NCBI RefSeq assembly: GCF_008364555.1
Contig: NZ_VTUC01000008.1
Span: forward strand, 1 to 64,000
Direction: 5' to 3'
DNA from: Enterobacter vonholyi
GTDB taxonomy: Bacteria > Pseudomonadota > Gammaproteobacteria > Enterobacterales > Enterobacteriaceae
Length of the DNA: 64,000 nucleotides
Position 1 is the first letter of the stretch; each line of letters begins with the position of its first letter. A program made the translations under genes and the position numbers. A model generated the notes under the pieces. That model saw only the letters and a program-made list of their open reading frames with translations. It was not told where the DNA came from and did not search any database. Positions 24,847 to 38,775 of this stretch are shown here, in pieces.

Positions 24847-25485
24847 GTGAAGCGACCTGCAATCATTCTGATTTGCCTGCTGCTGCAGGCGTGCTCGGCC
24901 ACCACTAAAGGGCTGGGAAATTCACTGTGGGAAAGCATGTTCGGCACGCCGGGCGTGCATCTGACCGATGACGAACTTCAGAACATGCCTTATGCCAGTC
25001 AGTACATGCAGCTTAACGATGGCCCGCAGCTGTTTGTGGTGCTCGCTTTCGATGAAAACGGGCAGCAGAAATGGGTGACGCAGGATCAGGCCACCATCGT
25101 GACGCAGCATGGCCGTATCGTGAAAACCCTGCTGGGCGGCGACAACCTGCTGGAGGTGAATAATCTCGCCGACGACCCGCTGATCAAGCCGAACCAGATC
25201 GTCGACGGCGCAGGCTGGACGCGCACGATGGGCTGGACTGAACACAAGCAGGTGCGTTACGCCACGGCACGCTCGACCTTCCGCTGGGACGGCACCGACA
25301 GCGTGAAGGTCGGCAGCGACGAAACGCAGGTTCGCGTGCTGGATGAAGAGGTCACTACCGATCGGGCCACCTGGCACAACCGCTTCTGGATTGACGAGGA
25401 AGGGCAGATCCGCCAGTCATTACAGTATCTTGGTGCCGGATTCTTCCCGGTCAAAACCACCCTGATCAAGGCGGCGAAATCATGA
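24847..25485 (+). CDS. yjbF: lipoprotein YjbF
   Basis: GTG start gives MKRPAIILICLLLQACSATTKG... (lipobox LQAC), collinear with E. coli YjbF. Confidence 0.8.
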   Translation: MKRPAIILICLLLQACSATTKGLGNSLWESMFGTPGVHLTDDELQNMPYASQYMQLNDGPQLFVVLAFDENGQQKWVTQDQATIVTQHGRIVKTLLGGDNLLEVNNLADDPLIKPNQIVDGAGWTRTMGWTEHKQVRYATARSTFRWDGTDSVKVGSDETQVRVLDEEVTTDRATWHNRFWIDEEGQIRQSLQYLGAGFFPVKTTLIKAAKS

Positions 25486-26219
25486 AAACGCTCATTCACG
25501 CTGCGCTTATCGCCAGTTTTGCCGCGCCGCTGGCATGGTCCGCGGGTACGGTAAAGGTCTACACGCCGGACAGTGAAAAACCCAAAACCTTAACCCACGC
25601 CGAGCATCTTCTCGATCTCGTCGGACAGCCAAGGCTCGCCAACAGCTGGTGGCCGGGGGCAGTCATCGCTGAACGTCAGAAGACAGCTGAAGCGGAACAA
25701 CAGCACAAGGCGCTCCTTGCCAGGCTAACGGGATTAGCGGAGCAGGAAGACGGCGACGACGCGGCGGCGATTAATAGCGTTCGCCAGCAGCTGCAGGCGC
25801 TGAAGGTGACGGGCCGACAGAACGTCAATCTTGACCCGGATGACGTGCGGGTCACGGAAAACGGCAACCCGGCCCTGGAAGGGGACTATACGCTCTGGCT
25901 TCCGGCGAAGCCGACGACGGTGACCGTGATGGGGCTTATCAGCAGCCCGGGTAACAAGCCCTTTACCCCCGGTCGTGACGTGGCGAGTTATCTCGACGAG
26001 CAGAGTCGGCTGAGCGGCGCGGATAACAGCTACGCCTGGGTGATTTACCCCGACGGCCACACGCAAAAAGCCCCCGTTGCTTACTGGAATAAACGTCATA
26101 TCGAACCCATGCCGGGCAGCATTATTTTTGTCGGTTTTGCCGACCATTTCTGGACGAAGGCGTATGACGGGCTTAACGCCGATATCCTTCACTCCCTGAT
26201 TCAGCGGATACCGGAATAA
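25482..26219 (+). CDS. yjbG: periplasmic protein YjbG
   Basis: 245 aa with signal peptide [21 protein letters not shown]; overlaps yjbF stop by 4 nt; position and size match E. coli yjbG. Confidence 0.75.
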   Translation: MKTLIHAALIASFAAPLAWSAGTVKVYTPDSEKPKTLTHAEHLLDLVGQPRLANSWWPGAVIAERQKTAEAEQQHKALLARLTGLAEQEDGDDAAAINSVRQQLQALKVTGRQNVNLDPDDVRVTENGNPALEGDYTLWLPAKPTTVTVMGLISSPGNKPFTPGRDVASYLDEQSRLSGADNSYAWVIYPDGHTQKAPVAYWNKRHIEPMPGSIIFVGFADHFWTKAYDGLNADILHSLIQRIPE

Positions 26220-28315
26220 TGAAAAGAACCTATCTCTACAGCATGCTGGCGCTCTGCGTGAGTGCCGCCTGCCATGCAGAAACGTATCCGGCACCCATTG
26301 GCCCGTCTCAGTCAGACTTCGGCGGCGTCGGTTTACTGCAAACGCCCACCGCGCGTATGGCGCGAGAAGGGGAAATTAGCCTTAACTACCGTGATAACGA
26401 CCAGTATCGCTACTACTCGGGGTCAGTGCAGCTGTTTCCGTGGCTTGAAACCACGCTGCGCTATACCGACGTGCGGACGAAACAATACAGCAGCGTCGAG
26501 GCGTTCTCAGGCGATCAGACCTACAAAGATAAAGCCTTCGACGTCAAGCTGCGCCTGTGGGAAGAGAGCTACTGGATGCCGCAGGTCTCCGTGGGCGCCA
26601 AAGATATCGGCGGTACCGGCCTGTTTGATGCGGAATACATCGTGGGCAGCAAGGCCTGGGGGCCGTTCGACTTCTCGCTTGGCCTGGGATGGGGCTATCT
26701 CGGCACCAGCGGAAACGTGAAAAACCCGTTTTGCTCCTACAGCGATAAATACTGCTACCGCGATAACAGCTATAAGAAAGCGGGCTCCATCAACGGGGAC
26801 CAGATGTTCCACGGTCCGGCATCGCTGTTTGGCGGTGTGGAGTATCAAACCCCATGGCAGCCGTTACGCCTGAAGCTGGAGTACGAGGGGAATGATTACT
26901 CGCAGGACTTCGCCGGGAAGATTGAGCAGAAGAGCAAGTTTAACGTCGGCGCAATTTATCGCGTCACCGACTGGGCCGACGTTAACCTCAGCTACGAGCG
27001 CGGCAATACGGTGATGTTCGGCTTCACGCTGCGCACTAACTTTAACGACATGCGGCCACACTACAATGATAACGCGCGGCCTGCATACCAGCCGGAACCG
27101 CAGGATGCGATTCTGCAGCACTCCGTGGTGGCAAACCAGCTTACGCTGCTGAAATACAATGCCGGCCTGGCGGATCCGAAAATTCAGGTGAAAGGCGATA
27201 CGCTTTACGTCACCGGCGAGCAGGTGAAATACCGCGACTCGCGGGAAGGGATCGAGCGCGCCAACCGGATCATCATGAACGATCTGCCAGAGGGGATCCG
27301 CACGATCCGCGTGACGGAGAATCGTCTCAACCTGCCGCAGGTGACGACGGAAACGGATGTTGCCAGCCTTAAGCGCCACCTGGAAGGCGAGCCGCTCGGA
27401 CATGAAACCGAGCTGGTGCAAAAACGCGTTGAGCCGATCGTGCCAGAAACCACAGAGCAGGGCTGGTATATCGACAAGTCGCGCTTCGATTTCCATATCG
27501 ATCCGGTGCTGAACCAGTCCGTCGGTGGGCCGGAAAACTTCTACATGTATCAGCTGGGCGTCATGGCGACGGCGGATCTGTGGCTGACCGACCATCTGCT
27601 GACCACCGGCAGCCTGTTCGGCAACATCGCCAACAACTACGACAAGTTCAACTACACCAACCCGCCAAAAGACTCGTCGCTGCCGCGCGTGCGTACCCGC
27701 GTGCGTGAGTACGTGCAGAACGATGCTTACGTGAACAACCTGCAGGCCAACTACTTCCAGTACTTCGGCAACGGCTTCTACGGCCAGGTGTACGGTGGAT
27801 ATCTGGAAACCATGTACGGCGGCGCGGGGGCGGAAGTGCTTTATCGTCCTGTCGACAGCAACTGGGCGTTCGGGATTGATGCTAACTATGTTAAACAGCG
27901 TGACTGGCGCAGCGCGCAGGACATGATGAAGTTCACCGACTACAGCGTCAAAACCGGACACCTGACCGCCTACTGGACGCCGTCGTTCGCGCCTGACGTG
28001 CTGGTGAAAGCCAGCGTAGGCCAGTACCTGGCGGGCGATAAGGGCGGTACGCTGGACATCTCCAAACACTTCGATAGCGGCGTCGTGGTGGGCGGCTACG
28101 CCACCATTACCAACGTCTCGCCGGACGAATACGGGGAAGGGGACTTCACCAAGGGAGTCTATGTGTCGATTCCGCTGGATCTATTCTCGTCAGGCCCAAC
28201 CCGCAGCCGTGCAGCGGTTGGCTGGACGCCGCTGACGCGCGACGGCGGCCAGCAGCTTGGACGTAAGTTCCAGCTGTACGACATGACCAGCGATAAGAAC
28301 ATTAACTTCCGCTGA
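26219..28315 (+). CDS. yjbH: outer-membrane beta-barrel protein YjbH
   Basis: 698 aa, signal peptide [20 protein letters not shown], aromatic/Gly-rich, C-terminal ...NINFR; collinear with E. coli YjbH. Confidence 0.8.
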   Translation: MKRTYLYSMLALCVSAACHAETYPAPIGPSQSDFGGVGLLQTPTARMAREGEISLNYRDNDQYRYYSGSVQLFPWLETTLRYTDVRTKQYSSVEAFSGDQTYKDKAFDVKLRLWEESYWMPQVSVGAKDIGGTGLFDAEYIVGSKAWGPFDFSLGLGWGYLGTSGNVKNPFCSYSDKYCYRDNSYKKAGSINGDQMFHGPASLFGGVEYQTPWQPLRLKLEYEGNDYSQDFAGKIEQKSKFNVGAIYRVTDWADVNLSYERGNTVMFGFTLRTNFNDMRPHYNDNARPAYQPEPQDAILQHSVVANQLTLLKYNAGLADPKIQVKGDTLYVTGEQVKYRDSREGIERANRIIMNDLPEGIRTIRVTENRLNLPQVTTETDVASLKRHLEGEPLGHETELVQKRVEPIVPETTEQGWYIDKSRFDFHIDPVLNQSVGGPENFYMYQLGVMATADLWLTDHLLTTGSLFGNIANNYDKFNYTNPPKDSSLPRVRTRVREYVQNDAYVNNLQANYFQYFGNGFYGQVYGGYLETMYGGAGAEVLYRPVDSNWAFGIDANYVKQRDWRSAQDMMKFTDYSVKTGHLTAYWTPSFAPDVLVKASVGQYLAGDKGGTLDISKHFDSGVVVGGYATITNVSPDEYGEGDFTKGVYVSIPLDLFSSGPTRSRAAVGWTPLTRDGGQQLGRKFQLYDMTSDKNINFR

Positions 28316-28344
28316 TGCTTCACGCCGCGCGGCGCTGCGTTTTC

Positions 28345-28389
28345 CCGGCCTACGATTTCGTAGGCCCGGTAAGCGCAGCGCCACCGGGA
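28345..28389. repeat. REP-like palindromes (second family, GCCCGGTAAGCG...GCCACCGGG)
   Basis: GGCCTACGATTTCGTAGGCC + CCCGGTAAGCGCAGCGCCACCGGG; related units at 38728-38770, 50307-50337, 55998-56071. Confidence 0.5.
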
Positions 28390-28391
28390 AG

Positions 28392-28844
28392 TCACAAGCG
28401 GCGCAGCAGCCTCGCAGGGTTACCGGCATAGACACCTTTCTCGACGATCGATTTTGTTACCACGCTTCCTGCTCCAATCACCGCCCCGTCGCAGATGGAG
28501 ACCGCCAGGATGGTGGCACCGCTGCCTATTGATACGTCATTCCCCACGGTAATGCGTCCCCAGCTGTTCCGGTCAGCATTGGGTTTGCCTTCGCGGAACA
28601 TATCGTTGGCAAACATCACCCCATGGCCAATAAAACAGCGTTCGCCGACGGTGACGTACTCGCAAATGAAGGTGTGCGACTGAATCTTGCTGTCGTCGCC
28701 TATGTACGTATTGCCCTGGATTTCAACAAACGGGCCGACGAATACGCCGTTGCCCAGCACGCAGTCGTAAAGATTAGTAGGTTCATATACGGTCACATTG
28801 TCGCCGCAGGTCACGTTGCGAACCCCGGTTGGTTTACGATCCAT
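28392..28844 (-). CDS. left-handed beta-helix (hexapeptide-repeat) acyl/acetyltransferase
   Basis: 150 aa; repeated [LIV]-G-x-x-x-x-I hexads (VGERCFIGHGVMF, VGNDVSIGSGATI, CDGAVIGAGSVV); not at this position in E. coli K-12. Confidence 0.7.
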   Translation of the reverse strand: MDRKPTGVRNVTCGDNVTVYEPTNLYDCVLGNGVFVGPFVEIQGNTYIGDDSKIQSHTFICEYVTVGERCFIGHGVMFANDMFREGKPNADRNSWGRITVGNDVSIGSGATILAVSICDGAVIGAGSVVTKSIVEKGVYAGNPARLLRRL

Positions 28845-28940
28845 CGGTTACCTCCGTACATAAAACATAATTAAAAAATATAGATCCCCGTCACATTTTT
28901 GCGTTATACAGAAACCTCGCCCTGGAGAATGAGGTGCTGT

Positions 28941-29351
28941 ATGACATCCCTGACTCGCCCGCGCGTTGAGTTTATCTCAACTATCCTCCAGACCGTGCTG
29001 AACCTCGGTCTGTTGAGCCTTGGCCTGATACTGGTCGTCTTTCTCGGCAAAGAGACGGTGCATCTGGCGGATGTGCTGTTTGCCCCTGAACAAACCAGCA
29101 AATATGCGCTGGTGGAAGGCCTGGTGGTCTACTTTCTCTACTTTGAATTTATCGCCCTGATTGTGAAGTATTTTCAGTCCGGCTTTCACTTCCCGCTACG
29201 TTATTTTGTCTACATTGGGATCACCGCCATTGTGCGGCTGATCATCGTCGATCATAAATCCCCGCTCGACGTGCTGATCTACTCGGCGGCGATCCTGCTG
29301 CTGGTGATCACCCTCTGGCTGTGCAATTCGAAGCGGCTGAAACGGGAATAA
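28941..29351 (+). CDS. psiE: phosphate-starvation-inducible membrane protein PsiE
   Basis: ATG 28941 gives [47 protein letters not shown]..., 136 aa, near-identical to E. coli PsiE. Confidence 0.9.
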   Translation: MTSLTRPRVEFISTILQTVLNLGLLSLGLILVVFLGKETVHLADVLFAPEQTSKYALVEGLVVYFLYFEFIALIVKYFQSGFHFPLRYFVYIGITAIVRLIIVDHKSPLDVLIYSAAILLLVITLWLCNSKRLKRE

Positions 29352-29377
29352 AAAAATGGCGCTCCGAAGAGCGCCTA
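29350..29377 (-). terminator. malG terminator (hairpin + T-run on minus strand; may also serve psiE)
   Basis: AAAAAAA-TGGCGCTCCGAAGAGCGCC. Confidence 0.7.
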
Positions 29378-29448
29378 ACAACAGTCACAAGTTGGGTCAA
29401 TACAATACGTCTAAAGTTGAGGGTTGCAGTGGCATAACAAAATGAAAC

Positions 29449-30339
29449 TTAACCTTTCACACCGCCCGCCGTCAGGCCGTTCACCAGCCAGCGCTGCGCC
29501 AGCAGGAACACCACGGTAATCGGGATGGCGGAAAGTACGGCCGCCGCGGCAAAGTCGCCCCACAGGTAGTTTTGCGGGTTGAGGTATTGCTGCATACCCA
29601 CGGCCAGGGTGTAGCTGTTCACATCACGCAGTAACAGTGAGGCAACCGGTACTTCAGTGATCGCAGCGATAAACGACAGGATAAACACCACCGCCAGAAT
29701 CGGCACCGACAGTGGCAGCAGCACCAGGCGGAACGCCTGCCACGGGGTAGCCCCATCCAGCGCGGCCGCTTCCTCCAGCGAGCCGTCGATGGTTTCGAAA
29801 TAGCCTTTAATGGTCCACACATGCAGTGCGATACCGCCAAGGTAGGCGAAGATCACGCCGCCGTGGGTGTTCAGGCCGATAAACGGGACGTACTGGCCCA
29901 GGCGGTCAAACAGGGCATACAGCGCCACCAGCGACAGCACCGCCGGGAACATCTGGAAAATCAGCATCCCTTTCAGCAGCGTCGCTTTGCCCGGGAAACG
30001 CATACGGGCAAAGGCGTAGGCGCAGGTGGTGGACAGCGCCACGATACCAATGGCGGTAATGCCTGCGATTTTCACCGAGTTCCACAGCCACAGCAGCACC
30101 GGGAACGGCGGCGGCGTGACGCGGCCATCCGCGTGTTCCACGCTAAAGCCCAGCGCGAGCTTCCAGTGCTCCCAGGAGATTTCGTCCGGGATCAGGCTTC
30201 CTGTCGCGAAGTTACCCGAACGCAGGGAGATGGCGATAACCATCAGCAGCGGGAACATGATCGCCGCGATGAAAATCAGCAGGCCTAAGTGCGTCGCCAG
30301 GAGGCGCAGTTTCTGAGATTTGGGTTGTACCATTGCCAT
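29449..30339 (-). CDS. malG: maltose ABC transporter permease
   Basis: 296 aa [39 protein letters not shown]... collinear with E. coli MalG. Confidence 0.95.
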   Translation of the reverse strand: MAMVQPKSQKLRLLATHLGLLIFIAAIMFPLLMVIAISLRSGNFATGSLIPDEISWEHWKLALGFSVEHADGRVTPPPFPVLLWLWNSVKIAGITAIGIVALSTTCAYAFARMRFPGKATLLKGMLIFQMFPAVLSLVALYALFDRLGQYVPFIGLNTHGGVIFAYLGGIALHVWTIKGYFETIDGSLEEAAALDGATPWQAFRLVLLPLSVPILAVVFILSFIAAITEVPVASLLLRDVNSYTLAVGMQQYLNPQNYLWGDFAAAAVLSAIPITVVFLLAQRWLVNGLTAGGVKG

Positions 30340-30353
30340 GATCGATGCCCTCC

Positions 30354-31898
30354 TTAGTCGAATTTCATACGTGTGGCTTTCAGGTTCACAATCGCCAGGG
30401 CGCCTACCAGCAGGAAGATCAGGGTGGCAATCGCTGCCGCCAGACCGAAGTCCTGGCCGCCGCCGCCTTCGAAGGCGATACGGTAGGTGTAGCTCACGAG
30501 CAGGTCGGTATAGCCTGCCGGCGTCGTAGTGCCGAGGCGGTCCGGGCCGCCGTTGGTCAACAGCTGAATCAGCACGAAGTTGTTAAAGTTAAAGGCGAAG
30601 CTGGCAATCATCAGCGGGGTGAGCGGCTTGATGAGCAGCGGCAGCGTAATCTTAAAGAAGTTCTGGAACGGACCCGCACCGTCCATCGCCGAAGCTTCGT
30701 ACAGGTCATCCGGGATGGCCTTCAGCAGCCCCATGCACAGGATCATCATGTACGGATAGCCCAGCCAGGTATTCACGATGATGATCATCGAGCGGGCGGT
30801 GGTTGGGTCGCTGAACCAGGCCGGTTTGATGCCGAACAGGGCGCTCAGCATCATGTTGATTTCACCGAAGCTCTGGTTAAACAGCCCTTTGAAAATCAGA
30901 ATCGAGATAAACGACGGCACGGCATACGGCAGAATCAGCAGCACGCGGTAGATTGCTTTGCCCTTCAGGGATTCCCACTGGACCAGACAGGCCAGAACCA
31001 TGCCCACGGCAACGGTCAGTATCACCGTCAGCGCCGAGAAGACCACCGTCCAGACAAAGATGGCGAAGAAGGGTTTCTGAATGCCTTCGTCGGTAAACAC
31101 GCGGGTAAAGTTGTCCCAGCCGATGGTGACTGTGTAGCCCGGGCTGAGCTTGTCATCACCCCATTTGCCGTCGGCAGTAATGGACTGATAGAAACCAATG
31201 TCGTTATTCGGACGGTACTTCACGCCGCTCTGGTTGTTGGTCAGCGTGCCGTCGTCCGCCAGGGTATACAGCGGCTGCGTGCCGGAGAACTGGCGCAGCG
31301 AGCTCATGGTCACCTTGCTTTCATCTGGCAGCACGGCGGTGAGCTGGGTCAGCGCCTGGCGGTTCTGGGTAATGACGCGCAGGTTGGCACGTTCACCTTC
31401 CGGCAGGGCTTGGGCCTCTTTTAAGGCCAGCTTCTGCTCGCCGCCAAATTTGAACGCGTCGGAAACGTAGTATTTGCCGCTTGCTTCGTCAGTAAGCGCT
31501 AACTTCCACTCGTTCCCAGCAGGATAGAGGCCGAAGTTAAAGGTCTTGCCTGCCTGATATGAGCGATCCAGCAGGACCTGCTGGGCGCGTTCCTGCGCAA
31601 GCTGGTTGGTGCTGCTGTAGTTGGTAAACGCAATGGCGATGGTACAAATCAGCGGGAACAGGACAAACAGCCCCATCCCGGCCACGCCCGGGTAGACATA
31701 GCGCCAGGCATAGGCTTTACGGTTGGCGAAAATATACAGGCCAGCAGAGCTTAAAATCAGCGTCATGATGGCGAACAGATATTCCCCTTGTACGTACATT
31801 AAAACAACAAGGTAACCCACCAGCAGACACAGCAGACCTATCGCTGACCACTTCAGCGCGTCGCTTTGCCACCAGCGTTTCTTTTTAATGACATCCAT
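30354..31898 (-). CDS. malF: maltose ABC transporter permease
   Basis: 514 aa [43 protein letters not shown]... collinear with E. coli MalF. Confidence 0.95.
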   Translation of the reverse strand: MDVIKKKRWWQSDALKWSAIGLLCLLVGYLVVLMYVQGEYLFAIMTLILSSAGLYIFANRKAYAWRYVYPGVAGMGLFVLFPLICTIAIAFTNYSSTNQLAQERAQQVLLDRSYQAGKTFNFGLYPAGNEWKLALTDEASGKYYVSDAFKFGGEQKLALKEAQALPEGERANLRVITQNRQALTQLTAVLPDESKVTMSSLRQFSGTQPLYTLADDGTLTNNQSGVKYRPNNDIGFYQSITADGKWGDDKLSPGYTVTIGWDNFTRVFTDEGIQKPFFAIFVWTVVFSALTVILTVAVGMVLACLVQWESLKGKAIYRVLLILPYAVPSFISILIFKGLFNQSFGEINMMLSALFGIKPAWFSDPTTARSMIIIVNTWLGYPYMMILCMGLLKAIPDDLYEASAMDGAGPFQNFFKITLPLLIKPLTPLMIASFAFNFNNFVLIQLLTNGGPDRLGTTTPAGYTDLLVSYTYRIAFEGGGGQDFGLAAAIATLIFLLVGALAIVNLKATRMKFD

Positions 31899-31928
31899 GG
31901 GGTTTTTCCTCTACAACGTTTGATCTTT

Positions 31929-32013
31929 TCTCCCTCTCCTGGGGGAGAGGGCCGGGGTGAGGGCGTGCGAATAGCGACAACCCTCACCCTAACCCTCTCC
32001 CAAAGGGAGAGGG
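31929..32013. repeat. BIME: two inverted REP units in malF-malE spacer
   Basis: CTCCCTCTCCTGGGGGAGAGGGCCGGGGTGAGGGCG ... CCCTCACCCTAACCCTCTCCCAAAGGGAGAGGGG. Confidence 0.65.
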
Positions 32014-32023
32014 GACTACGTCA

Positions 32024-33510
<1,487 letters not shown>

Positions 33511-33584
33511 AGTAATGGATACCCCATAGTGAACTTATCTTGAATGTTTCTGTCGGTGACAGGTTGTAACGAAGGGAGAAGGGC

Positions 33585-34694
33585 ATGGCGAGCGTACAGC
33601 TGCGTAATGTAACGAAAGCCTGGGGTGACGTTGTGGTGTCGAAAGACATCAATCTGGACATCAACGAAGGCGAATTCGTGGTGTTTGTTGGCCCATCAGG
33701 CTGTGGTAAATCTACTCTGCTGCGTATGATTGCCGGTCTTGAAACCATCACCAGCGGCGACCTGCTGATTGGTGATACCCGAATGAATGACATCCCGCCT
33801 GCCGAACGTGGCGTAGGCATGGTGTTCCAGTCTTATGCACTCTATCCCCATCTTTCCGTTGCCGAGAACATGTCCTTTGGCCTGAAGCTGGCCGGCGCGA
33901 AGAAAGAGGTCATTAACCAGCGCGTGACGCAGGTAGCTGAAGTATTACAGCTGGCGCACCTGTTGGAGCGTAAGCCGAAAGCGCTTTCCGGCGGTCAGCG
34001 TCAGCGCGTGGCGATTGGCCGTACCCTGGTCGCCGAGCCGCGCGTCTTCCTGCTCGACGAACCGCTTTCCAACCTGGATGCCGCCCTGCGCGTCCAGATG
34101 CGTATCGAAATCTCCCGTCTGCACAAGCGTCTTGGCCGCACGATGATTTACGTCACCCACGATCAGGTCGAAGCGATGACCCTCGCCGACAAAATCGTGG
34201 TGCTGGATGCCGGTCGCGTGGCGCAGGTGGGTAAACCGCTGGAGCTGTATCACTACCCGGCAGACCGCTTTGTTGCGGGCTTCATTGGCTCGCCAAAGAT
34301 GAACTTCCTGCCCGTCAAAGTGACCGCGACAGCCATTGAACAGGTACAGGTGGAGCTGCCAAACCGCCAGCAGGTCTGGCTGCCGGTCGACAGCGCCAAC
34401 GTACAGGTCGGGGCAAACATGTCCCTCGGTATTCGTCCTGAGCATCTGCTGCCGAGCCACATCGCTGATGTGACCCTGGAAGGTGACGTTCAGGTCGTCG
34501 AACAGCTTGGTCACGAAACACAGATTCATATCCAGATCCCCGCCATCCGTCAGAACCTGGTCTACCGCCAGAACGACGTGGTGTTGGTAGAAGAGGGTGC
34601 CACATTCGCTATCGGCTTGCCGCCAGAGCGTTGCCATCTGTTCCGTGAGGATGGCACTGCATGTCGTCGGTTGCATAAAGAGCCAGGCGTTTAA
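33585..34694 (+). CDS. malK: maltose ABC transporter ATPase
   Basis: 369 aa [44 protein letters not shown]... Walker A/B and LSGGQRQR signature. Confidence 0.95.
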   Translation: MASVQLRNVTKAWGDVVVSKDINLDINEGEFVVFVGPSGCGKSTLLRMIAGLETITSGDLLIGDTRMNDIPPAERGVGMVFQSYALYPHLSVAENMSFGLKLAGAKKEVINQRVTQVAEVLQLAHLLERKPKALSGGQRQRVAIGRTLVAEPRVFLLDEPLSNLDAALRVQMRIEISRLHKRLGRTMIYVTHDQVEAMTLADKIVVLDAGRVAQVGKPLELYHYPADRFVAGFIGSPKMNFLPVKVTATAIEQVQVELPNRQQVWLPVDSANVQVGANMSLGIRPEHLLPSHIADVTLEGDVQVVEQLGHETQIHIQIPAIRQNLVYRQNDVVLVEEGATFAIGLPPERCHLFREDGTACRRLHKEPGV

Positions 34695-34729
34695 GCAATC
34701 CCAAAAGAAGACACGAAACCGACAGGTGA

Positions 34730-36091
<1,362 letters not shown>

Positions 36092-36115
36092 TTTTAGACG
36101 TTAATGTATTTAAAA

Positions 36116-36135
36116 GAGGGGCTTAGGCCCCTCTA
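36116..36135 (+). terminator. lamB-malM intergenic hairpin
   Basis: AGAGGGGCTTAGGCCCCTCT; no clean U-tract. Confidence 0.4.
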
Positions 36136-36208
36136 ACTCATAACGCATTTCTCGGAAAGTATGCGCTATTGCCTGGCTACCATGCTTTCGAATAATGAGG
36201 TCATAACG

Positions 36209-37162
36209 ATGAAAAAAAGTCTCTTAGCACTCTGTCTGACGGCGGGCATGTTTGCTGCATTACCAGCAGTGAGCTTGGCTGATGTCAATATCGTTCCGCA
36301 GAACACGACTGCTGCGCCTGCGATCCCCTCTGCCACACTGCAAAGTCTGAACTGGGTGCCCGTGAATGTGGCACAAACCCAGACCATCGAGTTGGGGAAT
36401 ACAGGACAGACCCTGAATGTACCGGGAATTTCAGGACCGGTTGCTGCATGGAGTGTCCCTGCAAATGTGGGTGAGTTAACGTTAACGCTTGTCAGTGAAG
36501 CCGACAAAACACCCTCTGTATTTGCACCAAACGTGTTAGTGCTTGATCAAAACATGTCGCCTTCAGCTTTTTTCCCAAGCAGTTATTTTACCTATCAGAA
36601 ACCCGGCGTCATGTCGGCTGACCGCCTTGAGGGCATCCTGAAACTGACACCCGCTTTAGGCCAGCAAAAGATTTATATCCTCGCGTTTACTACGCCCGAA
36701 GATCTGCAGCGCACCACCAAAATGATTGATCCGGCAAAATCCTATGCTCAGGGGGCGGGTAACGCTATTCCTGATATTCCTGATCCGGTCGCACGCCACG
36801 TGACGAACGGTACGCTAAAACTCAAAGTTCAAACAAACACCAGCTCCAGTATTCTGGTCGGTCCGTTATTCGGATCCTCTGGCCCTGCTGCTGTCACCGT
36901 TGGCAACACTGCGGCACCTGCACCTGCCTATACCGCACCCGCTGCCACGGCAGCCGCACCGGTAGCGACTGCAGCGCCTGCACCGGCGAAGAAAGCCGAG
37001 CCGGTACTGAACGACACCGAAGAGTACTTCAACAACGCCATTAAGCAGGCGGTGAAGCGCGGCGATGTCGATAAAGCGCTGAAGCTGCTTGATGAAGCCG
37101 AACGTTTAGGTTCAACCACTGCCCGTTCCACCTTTATCAGCAGTGTAAAAGGCAAGGGGTAA
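36209..37162 (+). CDS. malM: maltose operon periplasmic protein MalM
   Basis: Start MKKSLLALCLTAGMFAALPAVSLADVNIVPQ...; Ala/Pro-rich linker then C-terminal helical region; position after lamB. Confidence 0.85.
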   Translation: MKKSLLALCLTAGMFAALPAVSLADVNIVPQNTTAAPAIPSATLQSLNWVPVNVAQTQTIELGNTGQTLNVPGISGPVAAWSVPANVGELTLTLVSEADKTPSVFAPNVLVLDQNMSPSAFFPSSYFTYQKPGVMSADRLEGILKLTPALGQQKIYILAFTTPEDLQRTTKMIDPAKSYAQGAGNAIPDIPDPVARHVTNGTLKLKVQTNTSSSILVGPLFGSSGPAAVTVGNTAAPAPAYTAPAATAAAPVATAAPAPAKKAEPVLNDTEEYFNNAIKQAVKRGDVDKALKLLDEAERLGSTTARSTFISSVKGKG

Positions 37163-37198
37163 CCGTTTCCCCACAGTGCTGATTTGTTAGTAGTTTGG

Positions 37199-37225
37199 TG
37201 CGCCTGAGTGGGCGCACTTTTTTTC
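37199..37225 (+). terminator. malM rho-independent terminator
   Basis: GTGCGCC-TGAGTG-GGCGCAC + TTTTTTT. Confidence 0.8.
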
Positions 37226-37342
37226 GTATCGGCCAGGCTGTTGCGCCCATGTTGCGATCGTGATCGTTAAATAACGTTTGGCCCCCCTCAATCCGTGTTT
37301 CTGCGATACAATGCCATTACGTTATGTATCGGAGAGTCTGGC

Positions 37343-37840
37343 ATGTCACACCCTGCGCTAACGCAACTGCGTGCGCTGCGCTATTTCGACCAAATACCTG
37401 CGCTTGATCCGCAGCAGCTGGACTGGTTGCTGCTGGAAGATTCCATGACGAAACGTTTTGAGCAGCAGGGTAAAACGGTCACGGTGACCCTGATTCAGGA
37501 AGGGTTTGTCTCTGGCGATGAGATCGCCAACGAGCTGCCGCTGCTGCCGCACGAGCCACGTTACTGGCTGCGCGAAATTTTGCTCTGTGCCGATGGCGAG
37601 CCGTGGCTTGCCGGACGGACGGTAGTGCCCGAGTCCACCCTTTCCGGGCCAGAGCTGGCGCTGCAACGTCTGGGGAAAACGCCTCTGGGGCGTTACCTTT
37701 TCACCTCGTCTGAGCTTACCCGGGATTTTATTGAGATTGGTCGTGATGCTGAACTGTGGGGGCGTCGTTCCCGCCTTCGCCTGAGCGGTAAACCGTTAAT
37801 ACTGACGGAGCTTTTTTTACCGGCATCACCGTTGTACTAA
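37343..37840 (+). CDS. ubiC: chorismate pyruvate-lyase
   Basis: [46 protein letters not shown]... 165 aa collinear with E. coli UbiC (ORF-track start 37295 is an upstream extension). Confidence 0.9.
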   Translation: MSHPALTQLRALRYFDQIPALDPQQLDWLLLEDSMTKRFEQQGKTVTVTLIQEGFVSGDEIANELPLLPHEPRYWLREILLCADGEPWLAGRTVVPESTLSGPELALQRLGKTPLGRYLFTSSELTRDFIEIGRDAELWGRRSRLRLSGKPLILTELFLPASPLY

Positions 37841-37852
37841 GAGGAAGAAAAA

Positions 37853-38722
37853 ATGGAGTGGAGCCTGACGCAGAATAAGCTGTTGGCGTATCACCGCTTA
37901 ATGCGTACCGATAAACCCATTGGCGCGTTGCTGCTGCTGTGGCCGACCCTCTGGGCGCTGTGGCTTGCCACGCCGGGCGTGCCGCCGCTGTGGATCCTGG
38001 GCGTGTTCGTTGCCGGCGTCTGGCTGATGCGCGCGGCGGGCTGCGTGGTGAATGACTATGCCGATCGTAAATTCGACGGTCATGTTAAGCGTACTGCCGG
38101 TCGTCCGTTACCCAGCGGGCAGGTCACCGGGAAAGAAGCCCGCGTGCTGTTTATTGTTCTGGTTCTGCTCTCTTTCCTGCTGGTGTTAACCCTGAACACC
38201 ATGACCATTTTGCTTTCCGTTGCGGCGCTGGCCCTGGCCTGGGTTTATCCGTTTATGAAGCGCTATACCCACCTGCCTCAGGTGGTGTTGGGCGCGGCGT
38301 TTGGCTGGTCGATTCCGATGGCGTTTGCGGCGGTTAGTGAGTCCTTACCGCTCAGCTGCTGGCTGATGTTCCTGGCGAACATTCTCTGGGCGGTGGCTTA
38401 CGACACGCAATATGCAATGGTAGACCGCGACGATGACCTGAAAATCGGCATCAAATCCACCGCCATCCTCTTTGGTCGTCACGACAAGCTGATTATCGGT
38501 ATCCTGCAGGTCGCGGTATTGGCGCTGATGGTGGCGATTGGCCGCCTGAACGGGCTGAACTGGGAGTTTTACTGGTCCGTGCTGGTGGCGGGGCTGCTGT
38601 TTGCTTATCAGCAGAAGCTGATCGCTAAGCGTGAACGTGATGCCTGCTTCAAGGCGTTTATGAACAATAACTACGTCGGTCTGGTGCTGTTTTTAGGCCT
38701 GGCGATGAGCTATTTCTTATAA
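37853..38722 (+). CDS. ubiA: 4-hydroxybenzoate octaprenyltransferase
   Basis: 289 aa [37 protein letters not shown]... ; NDYADRKFD prenyltransferase motif. Confidence 0.95.
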   Translation: MEWSLTQNKLLAYHRLMRTDKPIGALLLLWPTLWALWLATPGVPPLWILGVFVAGVWLMRAAGCVVNDYADRKFDGHVKRTAGRPLPSGQVTGKEARVLFIVLVLLSFLLVLTLNTMTILLSVAALALAWVYPFMKRYTHLPQVVLGAAFGWSIPMAFAAVSESLPLSCWLMFLANILWAVAYDTQYAMVDRDDDLKIGIKSTAILFGRHDKLIIGILQVAVLALMVAIGRLNGLNWEFYWSVLVAGLLFAYQQKLIAKRERDACFKAFMNNNYVGLVLFLGLAMSYFL

Positions 38723-38727
38723 AAAAG

Positions 38728-38770
38728 TCGGGTGGCGGCTAGGCCCGGTAAGCGTTAGCGCCACCGGGCG
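38728..38770. repeat. REP-like palindrome / terminator at ubiA-zntA junction
   Basis: CGGGTGGCGGCTAGGCCCGGTAAGCGTTAGCGCCACCGGGCG followed by TTTTTTT. Confidence 0.5.
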
Positions 38771-38775
38771 TTTTT

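Noticed and set aside
28861-28910. Pho box upstream of psiE
   Set aside because: Only one half-site-like CCGTCAC is recognisable and the second 7-mer is poor. It is plausible because psiE is PhoB-regulated, but not supportable from the sequence alone.
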